Below are positions 17,666-25,811 of a stretch of DNA of 25,811 nt, piece by piece (position 1 is the first letter of the stretch; each line of letters begins with the position of its first letter). The DNA comes from a virus (Duplodnaviria > Caudoviricetes), in IMG/VR virus record IMGVR_UViG_3300025838_000117, positions 1 to 25,811 of that record. One strand, written 5' to 3'. Under the pieces are notes generated by a model. It was given only the letters and a program-made list of their open reading frames with translations, was not told the DNA's origin and made no database searches. A program made the translations under genes and the position numbers.

Positions 17666-17931
17666 TGAGCAATAAAAACTACCTGATAATACCTGCTTCG
17701 GAAGTTAAAAAGGTCAATTTTGATGAAATTATGGAACACAGTGTCAGAACTTTAAACTTCTCAGGAGATGGAAAGAAAACTTTCATCAAATGGATTGGTG
17801 AAGAACCATCTTTTGTTTCAAGCATAAAGAACAGTGAAGGCCCTTATAGCAACGAAGAAATTCTTAAAATAATTAGACATGATGATTGGATTTCTCCTAA
17901 GAGTAAGAAATCCGTAAAAAAAGTTACATAA
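17665..17931 (+). CDS. Small hypothetical protein (88 aa), translationally coupled to gp7
   Basis: TAATG stop/start overlap. Fills the gap between gp7 and gp8. Plausible globular composition. Confidence 0.75.
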   Translation: MSNKNYLIIPASEVKKVNFDEIMEHSVRTLNFSGDGKKTFIKWIGEEPSFVSSIKNSEGPYSNEEILKIIRHDDWISPKSKKSVKKVT

Positions 17932-17934
17932 ATA
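17927..17934 (+). promoter_or_regulatory. Late promoter (CATAAATA) upstream of gp8
   Basis: One mismatch to TATAAATA. Overlaps the preceding stop codon, 34 nt before the gp8 ATG. Confidence 0.6.
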
Positions 17935-17968
17935 TATTGAAACCTATTAAGTAAGAGAATATCAAACT

Positions 17969-19303
17969 ATGGCATCTGTTCATTCTAAAAATCTTGAAAT
18001 ATATAACGCCGTCAATTTCATCGAAACTTTGGATGAATCTGGAGAGGCAAATGTGTATTTTACTTTTGGTAAATGCACACCTTGGACCGATGAAAAAAAT
18101 CCAGATGTTCCGTCTACCTCAACATTTTCATACACAGATGTTTGGAGAAATATGATTGGTGGTAAAAGAGTTTTAGGTAGTGATGCCACTACTTGTATAC
18201 CTCGTCATGATTGGGTAGAAGGAACTGTATATTCTCAATATGATGATAGATTGGATTCTACCGTTTTAAAAAATCCTACAAATGCATTTTATGTTATGAC
18301 AGATGCCTTTGATGTTTATAAATGTCTTTACAATAACAATGGTGGACCTTCTATAGTTAAACCAACACTTACACCAACCACCGAACCATTTCAGACAGAA
18401 GATAAGTATATCTGGAAATATATGTATAGTGTTTCATCACAACAACAATTAAAGTTCATTACATCAGATTATATTCCTGTAAAGACTTTAAGTGTTGAAG
18501 ATGGTTCAACACAATGGTTGGTTCAGAACAACGCCATTGATGGTGCTATTCATGTTTGTGTAGTCACATCAAATGGAACAGGTTATAGTAACAATGACAT
18601 TTTTGTTCAAATTACAGGCGATGGTTTTGGTGCCAATGCATTTGCCATTGTAGATACAACAACAAACACAATCTCTGAGATTGTGGTTGACAACGAAGGT
18701 TATGGATATACAAGAGCAAATTGTTACATTTACAGTGCAAGTGCCAAAGGAGTGGGTGCCGAGGCACACGCTATGATAGCACCAGCTGGTGGTCATGGAT
18801 CAGACGCCACGGCAGAACTTGGTGGTTCATATGTTATGATTTCTAAACAATTAGACAATAGTGAGGCCGGTGAATTTTCTGTTGCTGAGTCCTACAGACA
18901 AATTGCTCTAATTCAAGATCCTTATGCAAAAGGTACAAAAAAGATATTTTCTAATACCATATTTTCACAGACAACGACAATTGCTCTATCAGGAACATCA
19001 GTCAATTATCAGTTGTCTGAATATGTTTATCAAGGTAACTCTTTTAGATATGATACTTTTAGAGGCACTGTTCTAGAATGGAATGCCGCATTAAACCAGT
19101 TGATACTTATTGGTGTTGATGGATCTCCAACTAACGATAAACTTATAGGTTATAGTTCAGCAGCAGTCAGAACTCTACTTGCCGTTACTGTTAAACCTGA
19201 GTTACAGTATAATTCAGGAAAATTATTATATATAGATAATATACAACCCATCCAGAGAAATCAATCTCAGACGGAAGATTTCAGAATAGTTCTAAGTTTC
19301 TAA
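17969..19303 (+). CDS. gp8: Baseplate wedge subunit gp8
   Basis: YFTFGK..PW.DE..P, IPRHDW..GTVY..YDD, FYVMT..FDVYKCLYNN, DKYIWKYMY, GGHGSDA..ELG, YRQIALIQDP, YNSGKLLYIDN..PIQR..SQTEDFRIVLSF. Confidence 0.93.
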   Translation: MASVHSKNLEIYNAVNFIETLDESGEANVYFTFGKCTPWTDEKNPDVPSTSTFSYTDVWRNMIGGKRVLGSDATTCIPRHDWVEGTVYSQYDDRLDSTVLKNPTNAFYVMTDAFDVYKCLYNNNGGPSIVKPTLTPTTEPFQTEDKYIWKYMYSVSSQQQLKFITSDYIPVKTLSVEDGSTQWLVQNNAIDGAIHVCVVTSNGTGYSNNDIFVQITGDGFGANAFAIVDTTTNTISEIVVDNEGYGYTRANCYIYSASAKGVGAEAHAMIAPAGGHGSDATAELGGSYVMISKQLDNSEAGEFSVAESYRQIALIQDPYAKGTKKIFSNTIFSQTTTIALSGTSVNYQLSEYVYQGNSFRYDTFRGTVLEWNAALNQLILIGVDGSPTNDKLIGYSSAAVRTLLAVTVKPELQYNSGKLLYIDNIQPIQRNQSQTEDFRIVLSF

Positions 19304-19319
19304 GAGGAAAGAATAGAAA

Positions 19320-22300
19320 ATGGTTGACGCTAATACCACTATTTCATCAAATAATGCAAACCTTATTCAGAGTAGTCTCACAACAGATTTTAACATAACA
19401 CCCTATTATGATGACTATACTCCTGCCAATGAATACTACCGTATTCTATTCAAACCAGGTTATTCTGTTCAGGCTCGTGAACTTACACAGATACAGTCAA
19501 TGTTACAAAGCCAGATCAAAAGATTTGGTATCAATATCTTCAAAGAAGGCAGCATTGTTGTTCCTGGTCAGTTTACTTTCCGTACCAATGTTAATGATAA
19601 AAAAGCGTCACCAATTAATTACGTTAAGATCAAGACAAACAATTATGCAAATACTTCAGTAAATGTTGCTTCTTTCCTCAATCAAACAATTACTGGTGCA
19701 AATAGTGGTATTCGGGCACACGTTACTAACATCTTAGATACCGACGGTACTCAGGCAAATACAAAAACACTTTATGTTACATATCTTGGCACCTCACCAG
19801 CCAACTCTCAGATAAGGACATTTAGTGCAAATGAAAAACTTATTAATTCTGATGTTGGATACTGTATTGTTGAAGATTCCAACAATAGTCCAATAGGTTA
19901 TGCTTCTGCTTTTAGAATTGATGAAGGTGTTTTATTCGCCAAAGACCACTTCATTTATTTCCCTACACAAGAGATAATTCTAGATAGATATAATCCATCA
20001 CCTACCTGCCGTACCGGATTCATCTTATATGAAGATGTAGTTAATGCATCACAGGATTCTTCACTACTTGATCCTGCATTGGAAGCATCAAACTATTCTG
20101 CACCTGGTGCCGATAGACTTAGAATTACTGCTACACTTTCTGTCCAAGAATTGGACTATTATAGTTCAGATTTCGTTACACTATTTACAATGAATGAAGG
20201 TACACTGTCAATTTCAAATGATAAGTCGCAATACAATATCATCGGCGACACAATGGCGGCAAGAACATATGATGAAGCAGGTGATTATGTCATTCGTGGA
20301 TACAATGTCCAGATAAGTGAACATGATAAAGTTACATACCCTGTTCCGAATAATGGTAAGTATGCAAACGGAAACAGTGAATTGTTAATCGTTTCTGTTG
20401 ATGCAGGACATGGATACATCAAAGGGTATGCCGTAACAAATTATGATAAGTCAGATGTTATAATTGAAAAGGCAATGACATATGCCAACAATGTAGATCC
20501 ACAAATTCTGTCAACCACAATGGGTTCATATGTCACAGTTAATGAACTTGTTGGTTCTTGGCAAGCAGATCAGGGAACAACAGTTTATTTCTACAATGTT
20601 CCAAATCAAAGAGTTACAGGTGGTGGTAGTTCATATAATATTAGAGGGTCCGGTACACCTACAGGAACACAAATTGGTTACGGTTCATTTATGGCCCTTG
20701 AATACGTTAGTGACACACCAGGATTTGATGCAAAGTATAATATCTATCTAACCGATATACAAATGAACTCTGGTTATGCCTTTAATCAAGTAAGATCACT
20801 TTATATTGACAATGACAGAACTGCCGATTGTGGTGCAGACATTATTGTTTCAACAACAAAAGGTGCTGTATTACAGAACATACAAAACTCTCCATTGCTT
20901 TTCTATACAGGATCAAACGCAGTCAGATCATTAAGAAATTTAGATGGTACTCCTTCCGTAGACTACTATTATAAAAAGACAGATGGTTTTGCATCCGCTA
21001 TATCAATTGCACAGGCCGGAACTCTTTTTGTTACTCTTAACGGACCTACAAATGAAACATTACCATATGGAACAACAATACTTTCAGATTCCGAGGTTCG
21101 ATCTGATATTGCTCTAACTTGCGGTGAATCTTTCAATATTGGACCACTATGGACCTCTGCAACAGTTGTTGGTACTGGTACAAGTTTAACCGGTGCCGGA
21201 ACACACTTTACATATTTAAATGTTGGTGACAGATTGGAGATTACAGGTATTTCAAATACCTTCTATATTTCATCTATTACTGACGATAACCACTTGACAC
21301 TTTCATTACCTCTTCCAAGTACCGGTGGTAATAGTTGGATCACAGGTAACAATATCTTTAAATCATATAAGACAGGTGACAACATTGATCTAACAGGTGT
21401 TGGATTAACCGCAGGTAATCAAAGAACTGTTAGTGTTACACCAACATCAATTTCCATAGACCTTAAAGAAACACTTCCTAGAGACATTGCTGCAACTCTA
21501 ACATATAAATTGTATGTTGCCAACTCTAATGAGGTAGTTAAAACACTCAAGCCTCATAGATTTGTGAAAATTGATTGTTCTACAGCTGGTGTTGCAGGAC
21601 CATTCTCTCTTGGTTTTTCTGATGTTTATGCCATCAGAAATGTCATTTTGAAAAATGGCAGTGCCCCTACTAGTTTAACTGACGGCACGGATGTTACCAA
21701 TTATTTCACATTGAACAATGGTCAGACTGATACAATGTATGATATTGGATTCATTTCAAAAAGTGGTTCATTGTCATTGAAATCTACTGATTATCTATTG
21801 GTTGAATTGGACTATTTCTCACCAAATTATACAGGTAGAGGTGGATTCTTCACCGTTGATTCCTATCCAATTCAGGATAATCCTATACTTGCAAAAGAAA
21901 CAACCATTAGAACACAGGACCTTCCTCTTTATGTTAGTAAAGGTTCAACTTCATATGACCTAAGAAACTATGTTGATTTTAGACCTGTTAAAGTAATTAC
22001 TGCCGTGGATTCAACAGATCCAACAGCAGCCTCAACCAATCCAGCATCTAAGTCAACATCATACTATAAGTCTGGAACAGGTTTGAAATTTGCTGTTCCT
22101 TCTTCACAATTGTCATTTAATTATTCATATTATCTTGGAAGAAGTGATATTGTTGTTGTATCAAGGGACAATACTATCAATGTCATCCCTGGTGCTCCTG
22201 CTGTCAATCCAGTAGTACCGACACCTCTTGATAACCAGATGATGATTGCTGTTCTTAACATTGCACCATTCCCATCACTATCACCATATTTTGGAAATGC

Positions 22301-25300
22301 TCTTTTAAGAAAAGATTTAACATGCTCTGTCAACAAGACACTTATCCGTGGATGGACAATGAAAGATATTGGTGGTCTTGACCAAAGAATTAAAAATCTG
22401 GAATATTACACATCTCTCACATTGCTTGAAAAAGATGCTGTTAATATGACAGTTCTTGATGCCAATGGAAATGTTCGTTTTAAGAATGGTATTTTTATTG
22501 ATACGTTTAAGGATACAACTCTCACCGCAAAAGGAACAAATCCGGATTATAGAATTGTTACAGATCCGGTTGAACTGTCAATAAGACCATTGTTTGGTAC
22601 TGATTCGGTTCCTTATGATGTTTATAGTCTTAGCAATGCTATTCTAACACCAGATAAACTTGTAATGTTCCCTTATACAGAGACTTTACAGTTTTCTCAA
22701 AATAGAGTTACAGACTTTAGAGACCTAGAAAGAGGAACATATCAATTCCAAGGTCAAATGAAATTGTCACCTGAACAAGATGTTTGGATTGACACAACTC
22801 AGTTGCCTGATGAAACTCTTAGCCTTTCAGCAGATGGTGCATTGCTTACCATCAGTGATATTGTAGGTGACACACTGACAGTATCCGGTGCAAATACACC
22901 AACTATCATTTCAGGTGCTAACTTAGTATTTTCTTCAGCCAATAATTCTAGTTATTTCACCAACACAACAATTGTAATTACTGGTGCTAATACTATTCCT
23001 GGAGCAGTTGTTGAAACAGGATATTGGGCAAGAGGCACATCATCAAATGCCATCTATCAGGTCATTGATGCGAAATATCTTAATGGTATATTAAGTTCTA
23101 TTGTGGTACAAACAACATCACCTTTTGCTGGTTCGTTCCTTAAAAATGAATCTATTAGTATATGGTCAACTCTTGATTTTGATTATCCGGTAATCGGAAC
23201 ATCTCGTCCACCTTATACATATAATCCTAATCCAGATTATACTCAACCTGCAATTGGTTTTACGGGTATTACTGGCACCGCAGATACAATCACTAATATG
23301 TATGATTATAAAATCAACATTGATGATGTCGTTACAGGTGTTTCTTCTGGTGCATCCGGTAGTGTTACTTTAATCAATGAAACTGCGGGTCAATTGTTGA
23401 GTGTTGAAGTTCAAGGAACACAAGCTTTCAATAAAGGTGAACAAGTTAATTTTTATTTTGCATCAAATAATGCTTATGAGAAAATTAGTGGAACAATTAG
23501 TTCAGTTGGATTCTCTTATGCAAAGGTCATTAATGCAGGTGACATCATTCAAGGTGTTACATCCAATATTAATGGAACCGTAGTTGCAACAACTTATTCA
23601 GGATCAACCCTAGTTGATGTTTCTGTTCAAGTAGGAACAACATACCCACTGGAAATAATAAACTTTTTAAGATCAAATAATGCTTACATGGGTATTAGTG
23701 CCCAAGTTACTGCAATTAGTGCAGCACAACCACCGTCTCAAGACCAGACTGTTAAATATACCAAGAACCTGGTTAACACAGTTTGGGAAGGATGGAAATC
23801 CACTATTACAGGATATAACCTTTTCCAAGGTTCAGGAGCCAATAAAACGCTGGTAGGAAGTTATGCCACTGAAGCAGAAGCAAGAGGTGTTGCTGCAAAT
23901 TGGACAACCGCCGCAGGTGGAGGTGTTGCTACACTTGAAGCTGTTTATGATAACTCAAGAGTAGGTAAAAACTATTTTGCTCAAACAAGTTCTGATACTG
24001 CTATTGGACCAAACAAATTAATTTCATCACAAACAATTCCTTATATTAGACCACAAGTGATTACTGTTAGTGCTATAGGTCTTAAACCTTTTAGTCAAAT
24101 GTATGTCTGGTTTGATGGAGTTAATGTTACAAAATATTGCACACCACTAACAGCAAATCAGTATAATCAATCTGCAACTAATATTCCTATCACTCCTGAT
24201 AAAGATATGTATGTTGGTACATCAAATGTTGTGGTTGATATAACTCCAGCTGGAGTTTACAATTATAAAGATGTTACAACAACATTTATTACACCAGATC
24301 CTTCAACAGGTATTGCAAACTCAAGTTGCCCTCTTATTGTCAGAGATACTGGTGATCTATTCTTTAGATTCCAAATTGGTGCTAATACTGGCGATCCTCA
24401 GTTCAGAACAGGTTCTAGAAGACTGTTCATTATGGACAAATCTCAGGCAAATGTCATTGACATAACTGATGAACCAGATGCAACAACTCTTGCTTCACAA
24501 TTCTTCTTTGCTGATGGCACCAAACAAACATTACAGAGAACAATATATTCAACCAAAGGATATACATTAACTTCTGAAAATACTGCGGAAGATTATACGT
24601 CTGAGACAGATATCGTTCTACCAAATACTTGGTCACCTCCACCTCCACCAAAAGGACATTGCTGCTTCGATCCAGATGCCAAGGTTCTTATGGCAAACCA
24701 GACATGGAAAGCAATTAAGGACGTTATGGTAGGTGATGAGGTTATTGGCGATAACGGTTGTGTCAACAAGGTTACCGAAAACAAAACCATTGCCGTTGGT
24801 TCAAGAGATATGTACCGATTTAAAGGTAGCACATTCTGGTCAACTGACGACCATCTCTTCCTTACCAAAAAAGGTTATAAGACTTGGAGACCAGATGTCG
24901 TCCTGAATGATGAAAGGACACTCAATGGCACGGTCCTCATTGGTGAAAACCGTGAGAAGCCATTTGACTACGACGACCATTTGAAAAAGTATGAATTGGT
25001 TGACGGAAAACTTGTCCATTCATTCGTATCATATAAGGACATTGAACCAGAAAAAGGTGACTTTGATCCTGATTATGTTGTTCACGATCTATCTTTGGAC
25101 GGAAATCTAACATACATTGTTGAAGGTTTCGTGGTTCATAACTGCTGTATTGCTTACTCTGTATTGATTACAGCGCCACAAACCGAAGAAGGTATCTTCT
25201 GTACCGGTTACGACATTTTCGTAGCACGTAAGTCGGCCACTCGTAAGATGTGGTTTGAGGTTCGTGAAATGGATTCTGGTGGACAGGTCACCAATAACCA

Positions 25301-25811
25301 GATTCCTGGTTCAGTTGTCTATGTTGATAATGCTGACATTCCAATTTCAACAAATGGACAAGATAGCCCTGTTCAAGTTAAGTTTACTTCACCAATCTTC
25401 TTGATGAATGGTAAAGAATATGCTTTCGTAGTCCACTCATTCTCACCATACTATATGACAGTTGACCCAGATACTTATCTTTGGATTTCAAGACTTGGTG
25501 AAATTGATAAGAACACAGGACTTGCCGTTACCGACAGAATGAAGACTGGTACATTCTTCCAAACAAGTAACAACAAGCAATGGGAACCTATTGCTGATGT
25601 TGACCTTGCTATCAATCTCTATCGTGCTAAGTTCACACCAGGCACTGCCACAGTTGTTCTTGGTAATAAGCCAGTTGAAAAGTTCTACCTATCAAATGTG
25701 TCACAATCATTCAATGGTTTGATTGGTGATCATTTCTCAACAGGAGATTCTATAACATTAACTGGTGCTAATGGAACATTTTCTGTTGGTAATATTATCA
25801 GAGGTAAAACA
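19320..25811 (+). CDS. VrlC-like / DUF4815 giant baseplate or adsorption protein, >2164 aa, 3'-truncated; contains an intein
   Basis: ATG at 19320 after GAGG. Translates MVDANTT...DFNITPYYDDY...YYRILFKPGYSVQARELTQIQSMLQSQI..FG..IFKEGS, then APGADRL, ARTYDEAGDY, RIKNLEYYTSLTLLE, RFKNGIFIDTF and IPYIRPQ. Missing from the ORF track, consistent with no in-frame stop before the window end. Confidence 0.92.
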   Translation, partial: MVDANTTISSNNANLIQSSLTTDFNITPYYDDYTPANEYYRILFKPGYSVQARELTQIQSMLQSQIKRFGINIFKEGSIVVPGQFTFRTNVNDKKASPINYVKIKTNNYANTSVNVASFLNQTITGANSGIRAHVTNILDTDGTQANTKTLYVTYLGTSPANSQIRTFSANEKLINSDVGYCIVEDSNNSPIGYASAFRIDEGVLFAKDHFIYFPTQEIILDRYNPSPTCRTGFILYEDVVNASQDSSLLDPALEASNYSAPGADRLRITATLSVQELDYYSSDFVTLFTMNEGTLSISNDKSQYNIIGDTMAARTYDEAGDYVIRGYNVQISEHDKVTYPVPNNGKYANGNSELLIVSVDAGHGYIKGYAVTNYDKSDVIIEKAMTYANNVDPQILSTTMGSYVTVNELVGSWQADQGTTVYFYNVPNQRVTGGGSSYNIRGSGTPTGTQIGYGSFMALEYVSDTPGFDAKYNIYLTDIQMNSGYAFNQVRSLYIDNDRTADCGADIIVSTTKGAVLQNIQNSPLLFYTGSNAVRSLRNLDGTPSVDYYYKKTDGFASAISIAQAGTLFVTLNGPTNETLPYGTTILSDSEVRSDIALTCGESFNIGPLWTSATVVGTGTSLTGAGTHFTYLNVGDRLEITGISNTFYISSITDDNHLTLSLPLPSTGGNSWITGNNIFKSYKTGDNIDLTGVGLTAGNQRTVSVTPTSISIDLKETLPRDIAATLTYKLYVANSNEVVKTLKPHRFVKIDCSTAGVAGPFSLGFSDVYAIRNVILKNGSAPTSLTDGTDVTNYFTLNNGQTDTMYDIGFISKSGSLSLKSTDYLLVELDYFSPNYTGRGGFFTVDSYPIQDNPILAKETTIRTQDLPLYVSKGSTSYDLRNYVDFRPVKVITAVDSTDPTAASTNPASKSTSYYKSGTGLKFAVPSSQLSFNYSYYLGRSDIVVVSRDNTINVIPGAPAVNPVVPTPLDNQMMIAVLNIAPFPSLSPYFGNALLRKDLTCSVNKTLIRGWTMKDIGGLDQRIKNLEYYTSLTLLEKDAVNMTVLDANGNVRFKNGIFIDTFKDTTLTAKGTNPDYRIVTDPVELSIRPLFGTDSVPYDVYSLSNAILTPDKLVMFPYTETLQFSQNRVTDFRDLERGTYQFQGQMKLSPEQDVWIDTTQLPDETLSLSADGALLTISDIVGDTLTVSGANTPTIISGANLVFSSANNSSYFTNTTIVITGANTIPGAVVETGYWARGTSSNAIYQVIDAKYLNGILSSIVVQTTSPFAGSFLKNESISIWSTLDFDYPVIGTSRPPYTYNPNPDYTQPAIGFTGITGTADTITNMYDYKINIDDVVTGVSSGASGSVTLINETAGQLLSVEVQGTQAFNKGEQVNFYFASNNAYEKISGTISSVGFSYAKVINAGDIIQGVTSNINGTVVATTYSGSTLVDVSVQVGTTYPLEIINFLRSNNAYMGISAQVTAISAAQPPSQDQTVKYTKNLVNTVWEGWKSTITGYNLFQGSGANKTLVGSYATEAEARGVAANWTTAAGGGVATLEAVYDNSRVGKNYFAQTSSDTAIGPNKLISSQTIPYIRPQVITVSAIGLKPFSQMYVWFDGVNVTKYCTPLTANQYNQSATNIPITPDKDMYVGTSNVVVDITPAGVYNYKDVTTTFITPDPSTGIANSSCPLIVRDTGDLFFRFQIGANTGDPQFRTGSRRLFIMDKSQANVIDITDEPDATTLASQFFFADGTKQTLQRTIYSTKGYTLTSENTAEDYTSETDIVLPNTWSPPPPPKGHCCFDPDAKVLMANQTWKAIKDVMVGDEVIGDNGCVNKVTENKTIAVGSRDMYRFKGSTFWSTDDHLFLTKKGYKTWRPDVVLNDERTLNGTVLIGENREKPFDYDDHLKKYELVDGKLVHSFVSYKDIEPEKGDFDPDYVVHDLSLDGNLTYIVEGFVVHNCCIAYSVLITAPQTEEGIFCTGYDIFVARKSATRKMWFEVREMDSGGQVTNNQIPGSVVYVDNADIPISTNGQDSPVQVKFTSPIFLMNGKEYAFVVHSFSPYYMTVDPDTYLWISRLGEIDKNTGLAVTDRMKTGTFFQTSNNKQWEPIADVDLAINLYRAKFTPGTATVVLGNKPVEKFYLSNVSQSFNGLIGDHFSTGDSITLTGANGTFSVGNIIRGKT
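23313..23718 (+). repeat. Two degenerate ~72-aa tandem repeats inside the VrlC-like gene
   Basis: INIDDVVTGVSSGASGSV...VEVQ...VNF..ASNNAYEKISG versus INAGDIIQGVTSNINGTV...VSVQ...INF.RSNNAYMGISA. The 14-mer TCAAATAATGCTTA occurs in both copies. Confidence 0.7.
24663..25142 (+). mobile_element. Mini-intein (Hint domain, 160 aa, no homing endonuclease), in frame within the VrlC-like gene
   Basis: Block A: CFDPDAKVLMANQTWKAIKDVMVGDEV. Block B: WSTDDHLFLT. Blocks F/G: VVHDLSLDGNLTYIVEGFVVHN, followed by a +1 Cys. Confidence 0.92.

Noticed and set aside
19408-24868. Short track ORFs (60-91 aa) suggesting a gene-poor or non-coding region
   Set aside because: The region is one continuous plus-strand ORF from 19320. 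The track missed it because it has no stop inside the window.
1-25811. Stop-codon reassignment, CRISPR arrays, tRNAs, DGR-type repeats
   Set aside because: TAA, TGA and TAG all end full-length genes. No spaced direct repeats, cloverleaf or near-identical template/variable repeat pair was seen, and intergenic space is minimal.

Overview
Part of the genome of a large T4-like myovirus (T4 superfamily, non-T-even type, with a VrlC/DUF4815 giant protein where T4 has gp9-gp12). The window is densely coding and uses the standard genetic code. It starts with the 3' end of gp32 (SSB) and a UACG-loop terminator. A minus-strand operon follows: gp48, gp54, gp26, gp51 and a 968-aa protein with three predicted cell-wall hydrolase domains. 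A divergent plus-strand structural operon then runs gp4, gp2, gp53, gp27-like hub, a gp5 split into two genes, gp25, gp6, gp7 (with a LamG domain), a small ORF, gp8 and a >2164-aa VrlC-like ORF that runs off the window and is absent from the ORF track. Main observations: (1) a T9 slippery site at the end of gp26 joins it in the -1 frame to gp51, resembling the lambda G/GT tail-chaperone frameshift, directly upstream of the multi-hydrolase gene in the tape-measure position; (2) a complete 160-aa mini-intein with no endonuclease inside the VrlC-like virion protein; (3) a split gp5 with no lysozyme domain, with muralytic activity apparently carried by the 968-aa protein. All assignments come from motif recognition by eye; no searches were run.
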